Notes: generated by a model from the letters alone, not told the origin. Positions 8,624-18,157 are shown, numbered from the stretch's first letter. The stretch: DNA of 64,000 bases from Candidatus Latescibacterota bacterium (GCA_964291625.2 OZ220089.1:3648001-3712000), one strand, 5' to 3'. Translations and numbers: made by a program.

Positions 8624-10711
8624 ATGAAAGAGCATGCCTCGTTCAGCCTCGTCTTGTTGTTGGCCGGGGGCCTCTCGGCGGAGTCCGCGCCCGGGCCGAA
8701 GGTGGAGGGACAAGTGCGGCTGTCATCCGGCGAACCGGCCGTCGGGGCGCAGGTGTCGCTCTTCGATCTGGCCGATCTTCGGGCGGCTCCGCTCGCGGCA
8801 GTCACGGATGGGTCCGGGCATTTCGAGCTGTCCCTGGAGGGCTCGCCGTCAGCACTCTCGGCGGTGCCGGATCGTTTCGATCTGGGGGCGAATTATCCGA
8901 ATCCGTTCAATCCTTCCACGGTCATCCCCTTCCAGCTGCCGGCCCCGACTCACGTAAGGCTGGAGGTCTTCAACGTCCGGGGACAGCGCGTCACGACGCT
9001 GGTCGACAGAGTGCAGCCTGCCGGCTACCACACGGCTCGCTGGGACGCCACGGATGCGGCCGGTCGGGCGGTGGCGGCCGGGGTCTACCTCTACCGGCTG
9101 CGAGGCGGCGGTGTCAGCCTGACGCAGCGCATGGTGCTGATCGACGGGCAGGCCGGAGTTCCGGCGGCCGGTTCGGCCCCGGCGCCGGGCGTGGCCGCCG
9201 CCGCCCCGGGAGACGGTCCCGTCTATGGCCTGACCGTCTCGGGGCCGGGGCTGGTCCCCTACGTCGACCCGGCCTTCCGGGTGACCACCGGGCCTTCGCA
9301 CCCGGTGGAGCTGGCGGTCCGGACCCTGCAGGTCTCACCGCTCGCGAAGGCCGCCTCCACGGGAAGCACGAGGATACTGGGAGACGTGGACAACAACGGC
9401 CGGGTCGACTTCTTCGATGCCCTGCTGGTGGCCCTGTACAGCCGGGACGCCTTCATCGCCATGCCCAACAACGGCGACATCTCCCTGGGGGACGTCAACC
9501 GGGACGGCTGGGTCGATCTGTCCGACGCCTGGGTCATCGCCGCCTACCTCAACGACCCGTCCGATGCGGGGCTGCCGGCCGGCATAGGCGAGCCAGTAAC
9601 CCCCCCTGCGGTTACTCCGGGCAAGATCTACTGGACGGATTTCACCGCGGACAAGATCCAGCGTTCCGACCTGGACGGCTCCAACGTCGAGGACCTGGTC
9701 GCCACGGGCCTGGTCAATCCCTATGGCCTGGCTCTGGACAAGGCCGGCGGCAAGATGTACTGGACCGACTACGGCACGGACAAGATCCAGCGTGCCAACC
9801 TCAACGGCTCGCAGGTCGAAGACCTGGTCACCACCGGACTGATCACCCCCGGAGGCCTGGCCCTGGACATCTACGGCGGCAAGATGTACTGGACCGATCT
9901 GGGGACCGACAAGATTCAACGGGCCAACCTCGACGGCTCCGAGGTCGAAGATCTGATCACCGAAATCCTGGTCAGCCCCAACGGACTGGCCCTGGACGTG
10001 GAGTACAACGCGATGTACTGGACCGACTACGGCACCGACACGATCCAGCGGGCCAACATCGGCGGCTTGGACTCCGATGAGCTCGTCACGGGGCTCACCA
10101 GTCCCGGGGGCTTGGCCCTGGATCTGCACCCGGCCGGGCTCAAGATGTACTGGACCGACTACGGCACGGACAAGATCCAGCGGGCCAACCTCGACGGCTC
10201 CGAGGTCGAAGACCTGGTCACCACCGGCCTGCGCTCACCCCGGGGGCTGGCGGTGGACGAGGTGGAGGGCAAGATCTACTGGGCGGACCCGGGGACCGAC
10301 AAGATCCAACGCGCCAACCTCGACGGCTCGCAGGTCGAAGACCTCGTCGCCACCGGACTGGAGGGGCCCGTCGGGATCGCCCTGGACCCCGACCATCACG
10401 GCGACCAGCCCGCGTCGGCGACGCTGGTGACACTGGAGAGTGCCACCGCAGGTTATCTGAACCCTGGTGACGTCGACTACTTTCGGGTCGACCTCACCCG
10501 GGCGCGCATCTTGGTTGCCTATACGACCGGCACTACGGATACCTTTGGCTCCATCGAGGACAACACGGGGACGTGGCTCGCCGATGACGACGATGGCGGA
10601 GAGGGCAGCAATTTCCGCATCTCTCGCTTTGTTCAGGCCGGCACCTACTACATCCTGGTCCAGGGCTGGGATCATTCAGCGACCGGCTCCTACACCCTCC
10701 ACGTAAGGTAG
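8624..10711 (+). CDS. Secreted protein: same N-terminal FlgD-Ig + dockerin module, LDL-receptor class B (YWTD) beta-propeller, C-terminal PPC-like domain
   Basis: RBS gggag and ATG 8624; signal peptide; six 'K[MI]YWTD..TDKIQRANLDGS.VEDL'-type repeats; 'DVDYFRV...DDDGGEGSNFRI...AGTYYILVQG...TGSYTLHV'. Confidence 0.9.
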   Translation: MKEHASFSLVLLLAGGLSAESAPGPKVEGQVRLSSGEPAVGAQVSLFDLADLRAAPLAAVTDGSGHFELSLEGSPSALSAVPDRFDLGANYPNPFNPSTVIPFQLPAPTHVRLEVFNVRGQRVTTLVDRVQPAGYHTARWDATDAAGRAVAAGVYLYRLRGGGVSLTQRMVLIDGQAGVPAAGSAPAPGVAAAAPGDGPVYGLTVSGPGLVPYVDPAFRVTTGPSHPVELAVRTLQVSPLAKAASTGSTRILGDVDNNGRVDFFDALLVALYSRDAFIAMPNNGDISLGDVNRDGWVDLSDAWVIAAYLNDPSDAGLPAGIGEPVTPPAVTPGKIYWTDFTADKIQRSDLDGSNVEDLVATGLVNPYGLALDKAGGKMYWTDYGTDKIQRANLNGSQVEDLVTTGLITPGGLALDIYGGKMYWTDLGTDKIQRANLDGSEVEDLITEILVSPNGLALDVEYNAMYWTDYGTDTIQRANIGGLDSDELVTGLTSPGGLALDLHPAGLKMYWTDYGTDKIQRANLDGSEVEDLVTTGLRSPRGLAVDEVEGKIYWADPGTDKIQRANLDGSQVEDLVATGLEGPVGIALDPDHHGDQPASATLVTLESATAGYLNPGDVDYFRVDLTRARILVAYTTGTTDTFGSIEDNTGTWLADDDDGGEGSNFRISRFVQAGTYYILVQGWDHSATGSYTLHVR

Positions 10712-10774
10712 ACAGTCGTTCCGCACCCAACAGGGCGAGCAAAGTTTCCAACCAACCCACAAGGGAGGACCGGC

Positions 10775-11605
10775 ATGGACCACATCCACATCCACCCCGA
10801 CCCGCACTGCAAGAGCATCCTGCACACCCTGCTCCTTGCGGTGCGCCGTCCGTTACTTGCACTTGTTGTCTTCTACTGCTCCCTCGCTCTACCCCTCGCC
10901 GCCCAGAAGGAAGTCCTTCACGGCACTTGGGAGGGGGTCGATGCGGACGAGCTCGGCAAAATCACCACACGCCTGACCTTCGAGCCAGACGGCAGGCTTG
11001 AAGTGGATCTGGAGATCGACTACACGGCCGAAGATTTCACGGAAGACTTCACGATCGGGGAAGAGGAATCGATACCGCTCCCGCAGGCGATCCTGGAGTC
11101 AGAGGACTTCGCAGCACTCGAGAGAGTGCTGTCCGTGGAAAGCGGCTCCGGCCACGGTACGTATCAAGTTCGGGGCGACAGCCTCCTGGTCAACTTGGAC
11201 GAATTCGGATTTGTCGTTGATGGCGAGAGCCTTGCAGCCACCGAGTTCTGGGTTCCGCTATTCAGGTTCCTTTTCCGCCTCCTCTTTGCGACTTTCGCAG
11301 TAGCCTTTGAGGAGGATCTCTCCGACGAGGAGTTGGCGGAGAGGTTGGCGACGGTTTATGAAGACATGGCATCCGACCCGGAATTCCAGGCGCTTGTTGA
11401 CGAGCTTCTGGCTGAGTTCGAAGAGTCACCCCTCCCCTTCGCACTTACGGGTACCTACGCCATCGAAGGAGACACTTTGTTCATTACTTCCACTACGGCG
11501 GACGAAGAAGGAGAGGAGACCATCGAAACCCTGGAATTCCATCGCATTGCTCCCGCCACCGCTGTTGCTCCAACGACCTGGGGCAGCCTGAAGAGCGGCA
11601 TCTGA
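10775..11605 (+). CDS. Acidic exported hypothetical protein with C-terminal TAV..TTWG.LK motif
   Basis: RBS gggagg; hydrophobic signal-like stretch LLALVVFYCSLALPLAA; ends ATAVAPTTWGSLKSGI. Confidence 0.75.
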   Translation: MDHIHIHPDPHCKSILHTLLLAVRRPLLALVVFYCSLALPLAAQKEVLHGTWEGVDADELGKITTRLTFEPDGRLEVDLEIDYTAEDFTEDFTIGEEESIPLPQAILESEDFAALERVLSVESGSGHGTYQVRGDSLLVNLDEFGFVVDGESLAATEFWVPLFRFLFRLLFATFAVAFEEDLSDEELAERLATVYEDMASDPEFQALVDELLAEFEESPLPFALTGTYAIEGDTLFITSTTADEEGEETIETLEFHRIAPATAVAPTTWGSLKSGI

Positions 11606-11609
11606 GGGA

Positions 11610-11848
11610 GAGTGTGCGCCAAATCGTGTAGTTCCAGTCCCGTGAAACTCATGGGGCGAGATATGGGCGCTCCATCTGCTCGAACGTGACGACCACACTC
11701 TTGGTTAGGCTCCCTTGTCGATCTCCGAGCGCACTCGAAGCCCTTTGTTCCTGGTCCCGTGGTCGATCAGGTTGACCACCGTGGGCAGACTGACCAGAGG
11801 TTGGGCTCGCCAGTTCTTGGCGATAGCCCTACAGAAAGAGCATCCGCC
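11610..11848 (-). mobile_element. ISAzo13-family transposase C-terminal remnant
   Basis: Minus strand reads IAKNWRAQPLVSLPTVVNLIDHGTRNKGLRVRSEIDKGA*P then VVVTFEQME..HEFHG/WNYTI, matching the ISAzo13 C-terminus (NWRG.PL...IVNLI..T....GL.V...LD...Y..G...HG.WNYTI). Contains a stop and frameshifts. Confidence 0.75.
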
Positions 11849-11971
11849 ATTGGCGGGAGAATGTGGGCTACACTGTTCACTGTCCAGTGCGCATGTCCTT
11901 GGGGGAGATCAAACAAACCCTGGATCGCTGAAGCTCAATACCCGGGTCTCTAACCAAAGGGGAAGGAACTA

Positions 11972-12373
11972 ATGTCTCGGCCCACAAGAGAGCATGTCGT
12001 CCAAGCGCTTGATGACGCCAACTTGGCTGATAAAGGAGCCGCCAGGATCGGGGATGGGGCGAGGTACCGTTGTGAGTACTGCGGTCGTGATCTACTGGCT
12101 TCCGTGGACAACTATCGAATGTGGCAGGAGGACCATATCATACCCGAGAGTCTTGGCGGCGAGCAGGATGATATGGATAACCTTGCTCTGTGTTGTCGGT
12201 CCTGCAACATGCCCAAAGGCAGGTGGAATCCGCGTTGCAGCGCTCATGACAGTACCACCCGAGAGGGTATGATTCAAGCCGTAAGAGATCACCTGTACCG
12301 CCATCGAGCGAAGGTCATGCAAGAAGAAGTGATTCCGTCTCGGGAGATTGCTGGAAGGAGCGACTTCCAATGA
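11972..12373 (+). CDS. HNH endonuclease
   Basis: RCEYCG...EDHIIPESLGG..DMDNLALCCRSCNMPKG; RBS gaagga. Confidence 0.88.
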   Translation: MSRPTREHVVQALDDANLADKGAARIGDGARYRCEYCGRDLLASVDNYRMWQEDHIIPESLGGEQDDMDNLALCCRSCNMPKGRWNPRCSAHDSTTREGMIQAVRDHLYRHRAKVMQEEVIPSREIAGRSDFQ

Positions 12374-12900
12374 CCTTACGTGATGTAGCCCTGATGGCTC
12401 TGTCTGCTCTGATCGCCGTTGTCGTATCCACGATGGCCGCTCAGAGTTCGGGCAAGAACGTGGTGAGGGTGAACGAGTTGATCCTTGAGAACGACAAGGG
12501 GGAGGTAGTGGGAATCCTATCCACCTTTAACAACGGATCACCCTACCTTCACCTATCCAACGGTCAGTCAACTGCCTCCATCTACCTTGAAGGTACGTCA
12601 GCGAAGGTGTTCACGCGCAGCAAGGAATTGATGTCAGGAGTCGGCATCGACAGAGATATACCCTTCGTCAAGGTCAGGGAGAGAGGCGAGGACATTCTCG
12701 TGACTTCATTCACTTCTCCCTTAGTGGATGCTCCTAGTATCAGAGACAGTTATACTCAAATCAGACTGCATAGAGGAGGTCAGTACTACTTCTTCCCTGA
12801 TGGATTTAGCAGATATCAGATGAGAGATATGTTACTTATCAAGCCTAGTCTCACGTCCAGGATGGCCCATGATGAGTGGAAGTCGAAGCTGGCAGAGTGA
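12370..12900 (+). CDS. Hypothetical exported/membrane-anchored protein
   Basis: ATGA overlap with the HNH gene; N-terminal hydrophobic helix; lower GC than flanks. Confidence 0.6.
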   Translation: MTLRDVALMALSALIAVVVSTMAAQSSGKNVVRVNELILENDKGEVVGILSTFNNGSPYLHLSNGQSTASIYLEGTSAKVFTRSKELMSGVGIDRDIPFVKVRERGEDILVTSFTSPLVDAPSIRDSYTQIRLHRGGQYYFFPDGFSRYQMRDMLLIKPSLTSRMAHDEWKSKLAE

Positions 12901-12914
12901 GACGATGGATCGTA

Positions 12915-13535
12915 TGCGTGGCGCTCTCTCGCTCCCCGCCCTGGATCGCCAGCAACTCCTTGTGACCGTCGGCAGTGACTCCGATGACGACCAGCACGCA
13001 CGGCCGGTCCTTCTCCAGGCGGACGTGGCAGTAGAGGGCATCGGCCCACAGGTAGACGTAGCGCTGGCCGTGCAGGTCGCGCTGGCCCCAAGTGGCGAAC
13101 TCCTGCTCCCAGACCTGCTTCAGCCGAACGATGTTGGTCGCCGACAGCCCGACGACGCCGTCGCCCAGAATCGCCCGCAGGGCGTCCGGGAAGGCGTTGG
13201 TGGAGATCCCCTTCAGGTGGAGCTGCGGGATCCGGGCGTCGATACTCGGGGTGCGCCGCAGATACGGCGGCAGGATGGCACTGTGAAGTGCTCCTCCGGA
13301 CGCTGGTCATGGACCCGCGGCTGGCGCACCGGGACCTTGCCGACCCCGGTCACCAGCTCGCGCTCCGGGTGCTAGCCGTTGCGTACCACCAGGCGCTGGC
13401 CCTTGTCGTCCCGCAGGGCCTGGAAGTGCGGCGAGTACTCCTCTACCTCCAGGGCTTCCTGAAGCAGCCGCCGGGCGCCCTCTCGCAGCACGGTCGCCAG
13501 CACAGATCGTCGATGATGATCGTAGATTCTTCCAC
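12915..13535 (-). mobile_element. IS256-family transposase pseudogene (N-terminal half)
   Basis: RBS gaggagg, GTG 13535. Joined frames give VLREGARRLLQEALE...VVRNG*HPERELVTGVGKVPVRQPRVHD/ILPPYLRRTPSIDARIPQLHLKGISTNAF...GLSATNIVRLKQVWEQE...YVYLWADALY..VRL...VLVVIGVTADGHKELLAI.GGERES. Confidence 0.88.
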
Positions 13536-13627
13536 GAGCGTATCCTCCTCCCCGTGTCTGCGGGGATGTATGGGTGTTTTGTGGTCACCCTGAGGATAGG
13601 CTCTCTTCCTTTTCAGGAGACAACACC

Positions 13628-14749
13628 ATGAAGCAAGTCCCGAACCTGTACTCCTTTGCCACCAAGGAGCTGGCCCAAGACGCGACGATCGCATACCTTC
13701 TCGCTTGGGCACAGCCTCATTTGCGTGATTCACATCCGCGTCTCAACGGCCTCGGAACGGAGTTCCTTCAGGCACTCCTTGGATCGCACAGCCGGGAAGC
13801 CGTCGTTCTAGCCGTCACCGGTATTGAGGTCGAGACGCAGGTTGACCACATTGACGTTCTAGCACGAGTCAACGATGAGAAGTGCCGTGGAGTCGTGCTT
13901 GTAATCGAAGACAAGGTAGGAACCCATGAACACTCGAATCAGATCGAGAGATATGTTGAAGCAGCTCGGAGAAACTACCCCAATAGGCGGGAGGTCGTAC
14001 CGGTATACGTGAAGATCCTGAACGCGTCAGAGCATGATCTTCCTCCAAAGAAGCATTGCGGGCGGTTCCTGCGTGAGGATTTCCTCAGAGTGCTGCGTCG
14101 GTATTGTGACACTCGCGACACGATAGTGGACAATTTCCGTGTTTACTTGGAAAGTGTAGAGGAGAGGACCAACAGCTATCGGCATAGACCGCCAGAAGAG
14201 TGGCGCCCCTGTTGTGACCCATTACCGATAACGGGGTTCTATAGAGAGCTGGAGTGTCGGATGCCCCCGGAGCCCAATCCTATAGCCCAGCCTCATCGGA
14301 ACTCGCCCCGCTGGGGATATGCGTCCAATCCTGCGGGCGGGGTCCATTATTTCACTTTCGCCGACAGTGTCGACAGTACTGTAGATCGGGGGGCGGACAA
14401 GCCTGTTGTGCTCCTGCAGATTGAGGACGCGACCCGACTCACAGTGCGGCTTGGTGAATGGAGTGAAGAGGGGAAAGGGATCGACCCCTCATTCATGTAC
14501 GAGACCCTGAAGCTGCTGGAGGAGGAGAGCGCTTCTCGGAGCGGTAACTTCCGGATCAAGAAGGCCGGCCGGTTTCGTGGTGGCAGAAGTGCGGGGGTGG
14601 CGGAAGTGAGCTTCGAACCCGGAGACAGCTATCTCGCCCTGTCAGCTCAGGGCCTCGTTGACATGGACAGGACTATGGAACGCCTTGAACGAATGCGCGA
14701 GGTTGTGGTGGGCGTCGCGAAGCGCTATCCGCGGAGCACAACTGACTGA
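13628..14749 (+). CDS. PD-(D/E)XK nuclease family protein
   Basis: NLYSFATKELAQDATIAYLL N-terminus; IDVLA...LVIEDKVGTHEHSNQIERY catalytic region; RBS aggag. Confidence 0.8.
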   Translation: MKQVPNLYSFATKELAQDATIAYLLAWAQPHLRDSHPRLNGLGTEFLQALLGSHSREAVVLAVTGIEVETQVDHIDVLARVNDEKCRGVVLVIEDKVGTHEHSNQIERYVEAARRNYPNRREVVPVYVKILNASEHDLPPKKHCGRFLREDFLRVLRRYCDTRDTIVDNFRVYLESVEERTNSYRHRPPEEWRPCCDPLPITGFYRELECRMPPEPNPIAQPHRNSPRWGYASNPAGGVHYFTFADSVDSTVDRGADKPVVLLQIEDATRLTVRLGEWSEEGKGIDPSFMYETLKLLEEESASRSGNFRIKKAGRFRGGRSAGVAEVSFEPGDSYLALSAQGLVDMDRTMERLERMREVVVGVAKRYPRSTTD

Positions 14750-14750
14750 T

Positions 14751-15000
14751 TGTACAGTGATAGGAGTGACCTGACACCCGCCCCTGCTCGGGGGTGAGTT
14801 CCGGCAGCGGATTTCTGCATGGCAGTCCCCTTAGGCTTTGTCACGAAACAGATGATTCACTTCGGCTGGCCGAGGTGGGCCGGATCGTGTAGTTCAGTGC
14901 CTAAGGTTCGGGCTTGGTCGGGAGGCCCTCCTTGAAGGCCTGCAGCGGCGTCAGGCCGTTCATGTTGCGGCCCTAGTGGGGGCGCTTCTCGGTGTATTTG
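14751..15000 (-). mobile_element. IS481-family right end and transposase C-terminal remnant
   Basis: Minus strand 15000-14901 reads KYTEKRPH*GRNMNGLTPLQAFKEGLPTKPEP*; terminal sequence gtgtcaggtcactcctatcactgtaca (14777-14751) ends in the IS481-type TGTACA. Confidence 0.7.
14830..14905 (-). mobile_element. Internally deleted ISAzo13-like mini-element nested in the IS481 remnant
   Basis: Bounded by inverted cttaggc/gcctaag; retains aactacacgat (NYTI), shared with the remnant at 11610-11848. Confidence 0.5.
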
Positions 15001-15029
15001 CTCAGTCCTGCGGGCCCGCTACGCACTGG

Positions 15030-16146
15030 ACTGGGGCCTGCAGACCATGGCCTTCCCCATCCTCGTGACAACCCCCGCCCTGGGCGTCTTCGCGGGATTG
15101 ATGGCCAGCAGGCAGTACTTCGGGTATCGCAAGGACCCCTTCTCCTCCACTCACTCCATCAACGCCGGGCCGGCCGTCAATCGGCTCGAGCCGTTCGTTT
15201 CCTATACGGGGACCTTCCGGCGAGCGGTGTTGGGCCTGGATGCGAGGGTCAGGGTCGAGTACTCCGGGATCCAGATGATCCGCTTCAACGGGCTCGGCAA
15301 CGAGACCACGATCCCGGAGCCGGCGTCCTTCTGCGAAGTGGAACAGAACCACTTCGCCTTCACCCCATCCCTCCAGCTCGGCGCGGGAGGGCAGCCGGGG
15401 GGCGGGTCCCACGGCGGCAAGGAAGTGCGGCGCCCGGCGTGGTCCGTCGGCTTCGGACCGGTCATCAAGTACTCGGACACGCCGCTCAGCTCGAACGAGG
15501 GGAAGTTCATCGCTTCCGGGGAGCATCCGTGGTACGGCACGGGCTCCTTCGGGCAGGCGGGGACGCAGGGCGAGGTCATCTACGACGGGCGCGACAATTC
15601 GGGGTACGCCACGCGGGGTGTTCTGGTCAGGGTTGCCGGAGCCCTCTACCCGGGGGTCTGGGACGTGGAGTCGTCCTTCGCGAGCATGGACGGGGAGACG
15701 CGCGCCTACCTGATGGCTCCCGTTCCCACCCGCCCGACCCTGGCCTTGCGGGCCGGCGGCAAGAAGGTCTGGGGAACCTTCCCCTTCCACGAGAGCGCCT
15801 TTCTGGGCGGGCCTTGCCTGACCGGCGGCGATGGCTCCAACGGCAGCCTGCGCGGTTTCCGGAAGAACCGGTTCGCCGGAGAGGGCGCGCTGTACGGGAA
15901 TGCCGAGCTGCGCCTGGCGCTGGCGAGGATCAGGCTTCTGTTTCCGGGGGAGGTGGGCGTCTTCGCCGCGGCCGACGCCGGGCGGGTGGTACATTCCGGC
16001 GATCCCGACGGGGCCCGACAGCTGGCACACGGGGTTCGGGGGCGGACTGTGGCTGTCCTTCCTCCAACGCCTGCAGACCGTGAGCGTGGCAGCCGCAAGG
16101 GGTGACGATCTGACGGGAGTCTACGTGCGCGCCGGTCTCATGTTCT
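15030..16146 (+). pseudogene. 5'-truncated, frameshifted BamA/TamA-type (Omp85 surface antigen) beta-barrel
   Basis: DWG...GYRKDPF...YDGRDN..YATRG...LRGFRKNRFAGEGALYGNAELR...ADAGRV; frame switch near 16015 into SWHTGFGGGLWLSF...GVYVRAGLMF. The 5' part is replaced by the IS481 remnant. Confidence 0.75.
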
Positions 16147-16167
16147 TGCTATTCGAGGAGAGTTCAC

Positions 16168-17112
16168 ATGCTCAGCAACATCATCGTACGGCTCGTCATC
16201 TACTACGCCGCCTGGCTGCTGGCCCTCAGCGGGCTCTTCCACCTCTTCCCCGAGATCCTCTACTACGTCGCCGTGGAGCGCGAACGCATCTTCATCGCCA
16301 AGGGGCTGGACCCCGGGACCGACACCGTGCCCTTTCCGCTGGGGGACATTCAGGAGGGGGTTGCACGCCTCGTCGATCCGGCCCACACCATTCCCGTCAT
16401 GGTCGCCATGGTGCTGGCCTTCGCCGTCACCCTCCCGATCGCCTGGGTCTATCGCTGGACGCGGCCTCGCAAGAAGTACAACCAGTCCTTCGCCCAGACC
16501 CTGCTCGTGGTGCCCATCTCCATCGCCCTGGTCGTCTTCCTCGTCAAGGGGAGTCTGGCCCTCGCCTTCAGCCTGGCCGGCATCGTCGCCGCGGTCCGCT
16601 TCCGCACCTCCCTCGACGAGCCGATCGATGCCGTCTACATGTTCATGGCCATCGGCATAGGACTGGCGGCCGGCACCCAGCTCACCACGGTGGCCTATCT
16701 CGCCTCGCTCTGCTTCGTGGCCGTATCCCTGGCGGTCTGGAGATTCGATTTCGGAGCGCAGCCGGCCGTGCTCTCCGGATGGAGAATCGTCCCCGGCGAG
16801 AAGGCGGAGCAGGATCCCGTGGAGGGCCTCGAACCGGTGGCTCCCGATGGGCACCGTGACGCCCGCATCGAAGTGCATGCAAGGAAAGCGAATGCGGCTC
16901 AGAAGGCGGTGGCGCCGGTCCTGGACGCCAGCACCAGGCATTGGCAGTTGGCCAACGTGGCCAGGAATCCGGACGGGACGTCCGTCGTCGCCTTTGACGT
17001 CTGGTTGAGTCAAGACGTCGATCCGGCTTCGATCGTCAGGGAGATCGAGGGGGTCCGGAAGAAGGCCATCGACAAGGTGGAACTGAAGAGGGACAGGCCC
17101 ATCGCCCGGTGA
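16168..17112 (+). CDS. DUF4956 domain membrane protein
   Basis: SLALAFSLAGIVAAVRFRTSLDEPIDAVYMFMAIGIGLAAG signature; RBS gaggag. Confidence 0.85.
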   Translation: MLSNIIVRLVIYYAAWLLALSGLFHLFPEILYYVAVERERIFIAKGLDPGTDTVPFPLGDIQEGVARLVDPAHTIPVMVAMVLAFAVTLPIAWVYRWTRPRKKYNQSFAQTLLVVPISIALVVFLVKGSLALAFSLAGIVAAVRFRTSLDEPIDAVYMFMAIGIGLAAGTQLTTVAYLASLCFVAVSLAVWRFDFGAQPAVLSGWRIVPGEKAEQDPVEGLEPVAPDGHRDARIEVHARKANAAQKAVAPVLDASTRHWQLANVARNPDGTSVVAFDVWLSQDVDPASIVREIEGVRKKAIDKVELKRDRPIAR

Positions 17113-18080
17113 TGCACATGCAAGGTCGCGGAGAGATCTCCCTTCTGGGATTCCTCGGCTTCAGCGTTCTCATCTTCCTGCTCTCGATCAGCTATGGAGG
17201 GGGTCCGCCGGCAGGATCGAGCGAGATACCGCCAGACCTGGATGGGGACGCTCTGCCTGCCCACTCCGTGGTGGACACGGGGGCGGGCTCACAGCCGGCC
17301 GTGTCCCTCGGAAGCTACGAGCTGACAGCGGAGACAGCGGCGCAGTGGAAGCTTCCCGGGCGACTCCGGGAGGTCTCGGGCCTGGCCATGACCAGGGACG
17401 GCCGGCTCCTGGCGCACAACGACGAATGGGGAGTCGTCTACGAGATCGATCTCCGGGATGGTTCCATCACGAAGGGGTTCCAACTGGCGGACATGGTGAA
17501 CCCCGTTGCCGGCGATTTCGAGGGCATTGCGGCAACGGACGAGCGGATCTACCTGGTCACCAGTTCAGGGCGGCTCTACGAGTTCAGCGAGGGCGCCGAC
17601 GGGGAGTCCGTGCTCTACAATCTCTACACGACGGGGATCGGCAGAGACTGCGAGATCGAGGGCCTGGCGCATGACGGCGGCCGCAGGGCCCTGCTGCTGA
17701 TGTGCAAGGGGTCGCGAAGTGCGGACCTGAAGGGAAAGCTGGCGATATACCACTGGTCGATCGACGAGAAGCGGCTGAGCGATCCCCCCCGAACGGTGAT
17801 CCCCGTCGCTGAATTCTCCGAGCCCATCGGGAAAGCGAAGTTCCAGCCCTCCGGAATCGAGCGGCACCCCGTGTCGGGCCACTACTTCGTCGTCGCCGCT
17901 CGCCAGGCAGCGATCGCGGAAATCACGCCCGAGGGCGGGGTCCTGGCGGTCAGGCGGTTCCCCGCCCGGTGGCACCGTCAGGCCGAGGGGATCACCTTCG
18001 CCGCCGACAATACGCTGATCATCGCCGATGAAGGGGCGGGCGCGAAAGCGAGACTGACGCTGTACCCGGTCTCGGACTGA
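17112..18080 (+). CDS. SdiA-regulated/YjiK-like beta-propeller protein
   Basis: LREVSGLA...HNDE, DFEGIA, EIEGLA, FQPSGIE, QAEGITF repeats; N-terminal anchor. Exact start uncertain. Confidence 0.78.
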   Translation: MHMQGRGEISLLGFLGFSVLIFLLSISYGGGPPAGSSEIPPDLDGDALPAHSVVDTGAGSQPAVSLGSYELTAETAAQWKLPGRLREVSGLAMTRDGRLLAHNDEWGVVYEIDLRDGSITKGFQLADMVNPVAGDFEGIAATDERIYLVTSSGRLYEFSEGADGESVLYNLYTTGIGRDCEIEGLAHDGGRRALLLMCKGSRSADLKGKLAIYHWSIDEKRLSDPPRTVIPVAEFSEPIGKAKFQPSGIERHPVSGHYFVVAARQAAIAEITPEGGVLAVRRFPARWHRQAEGITFAADNTLIIADEGAGAKARLTLYPVSD

Positions 18081-18157
18081 TCGGCGGCCGAGGGACCCCT
18101 GGCATGGTCCGGCATCCGCCGGCATCGCCCGAGCCGCGGGTTGAGCCAGGGGCGCTG

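Noticed and set aside
4110-10400. Repeated DNA blocks as a possible CRISPR array or DGR template/variable repeat
   Set aside because: Repeats are in-frame LRR and YWTD coding units; no spacers, cas genes, reverse transcriptase or evident adenine-specific mismatches.
11606-11712. Apparent hairpins plus GTTAGGC suggesting an integron attC site or structured RNA
   Set aside because: Better explained as the antisense of ISAzo13 transposase coding sequence; no proper RYYYAAC partner and no integrase in the window.
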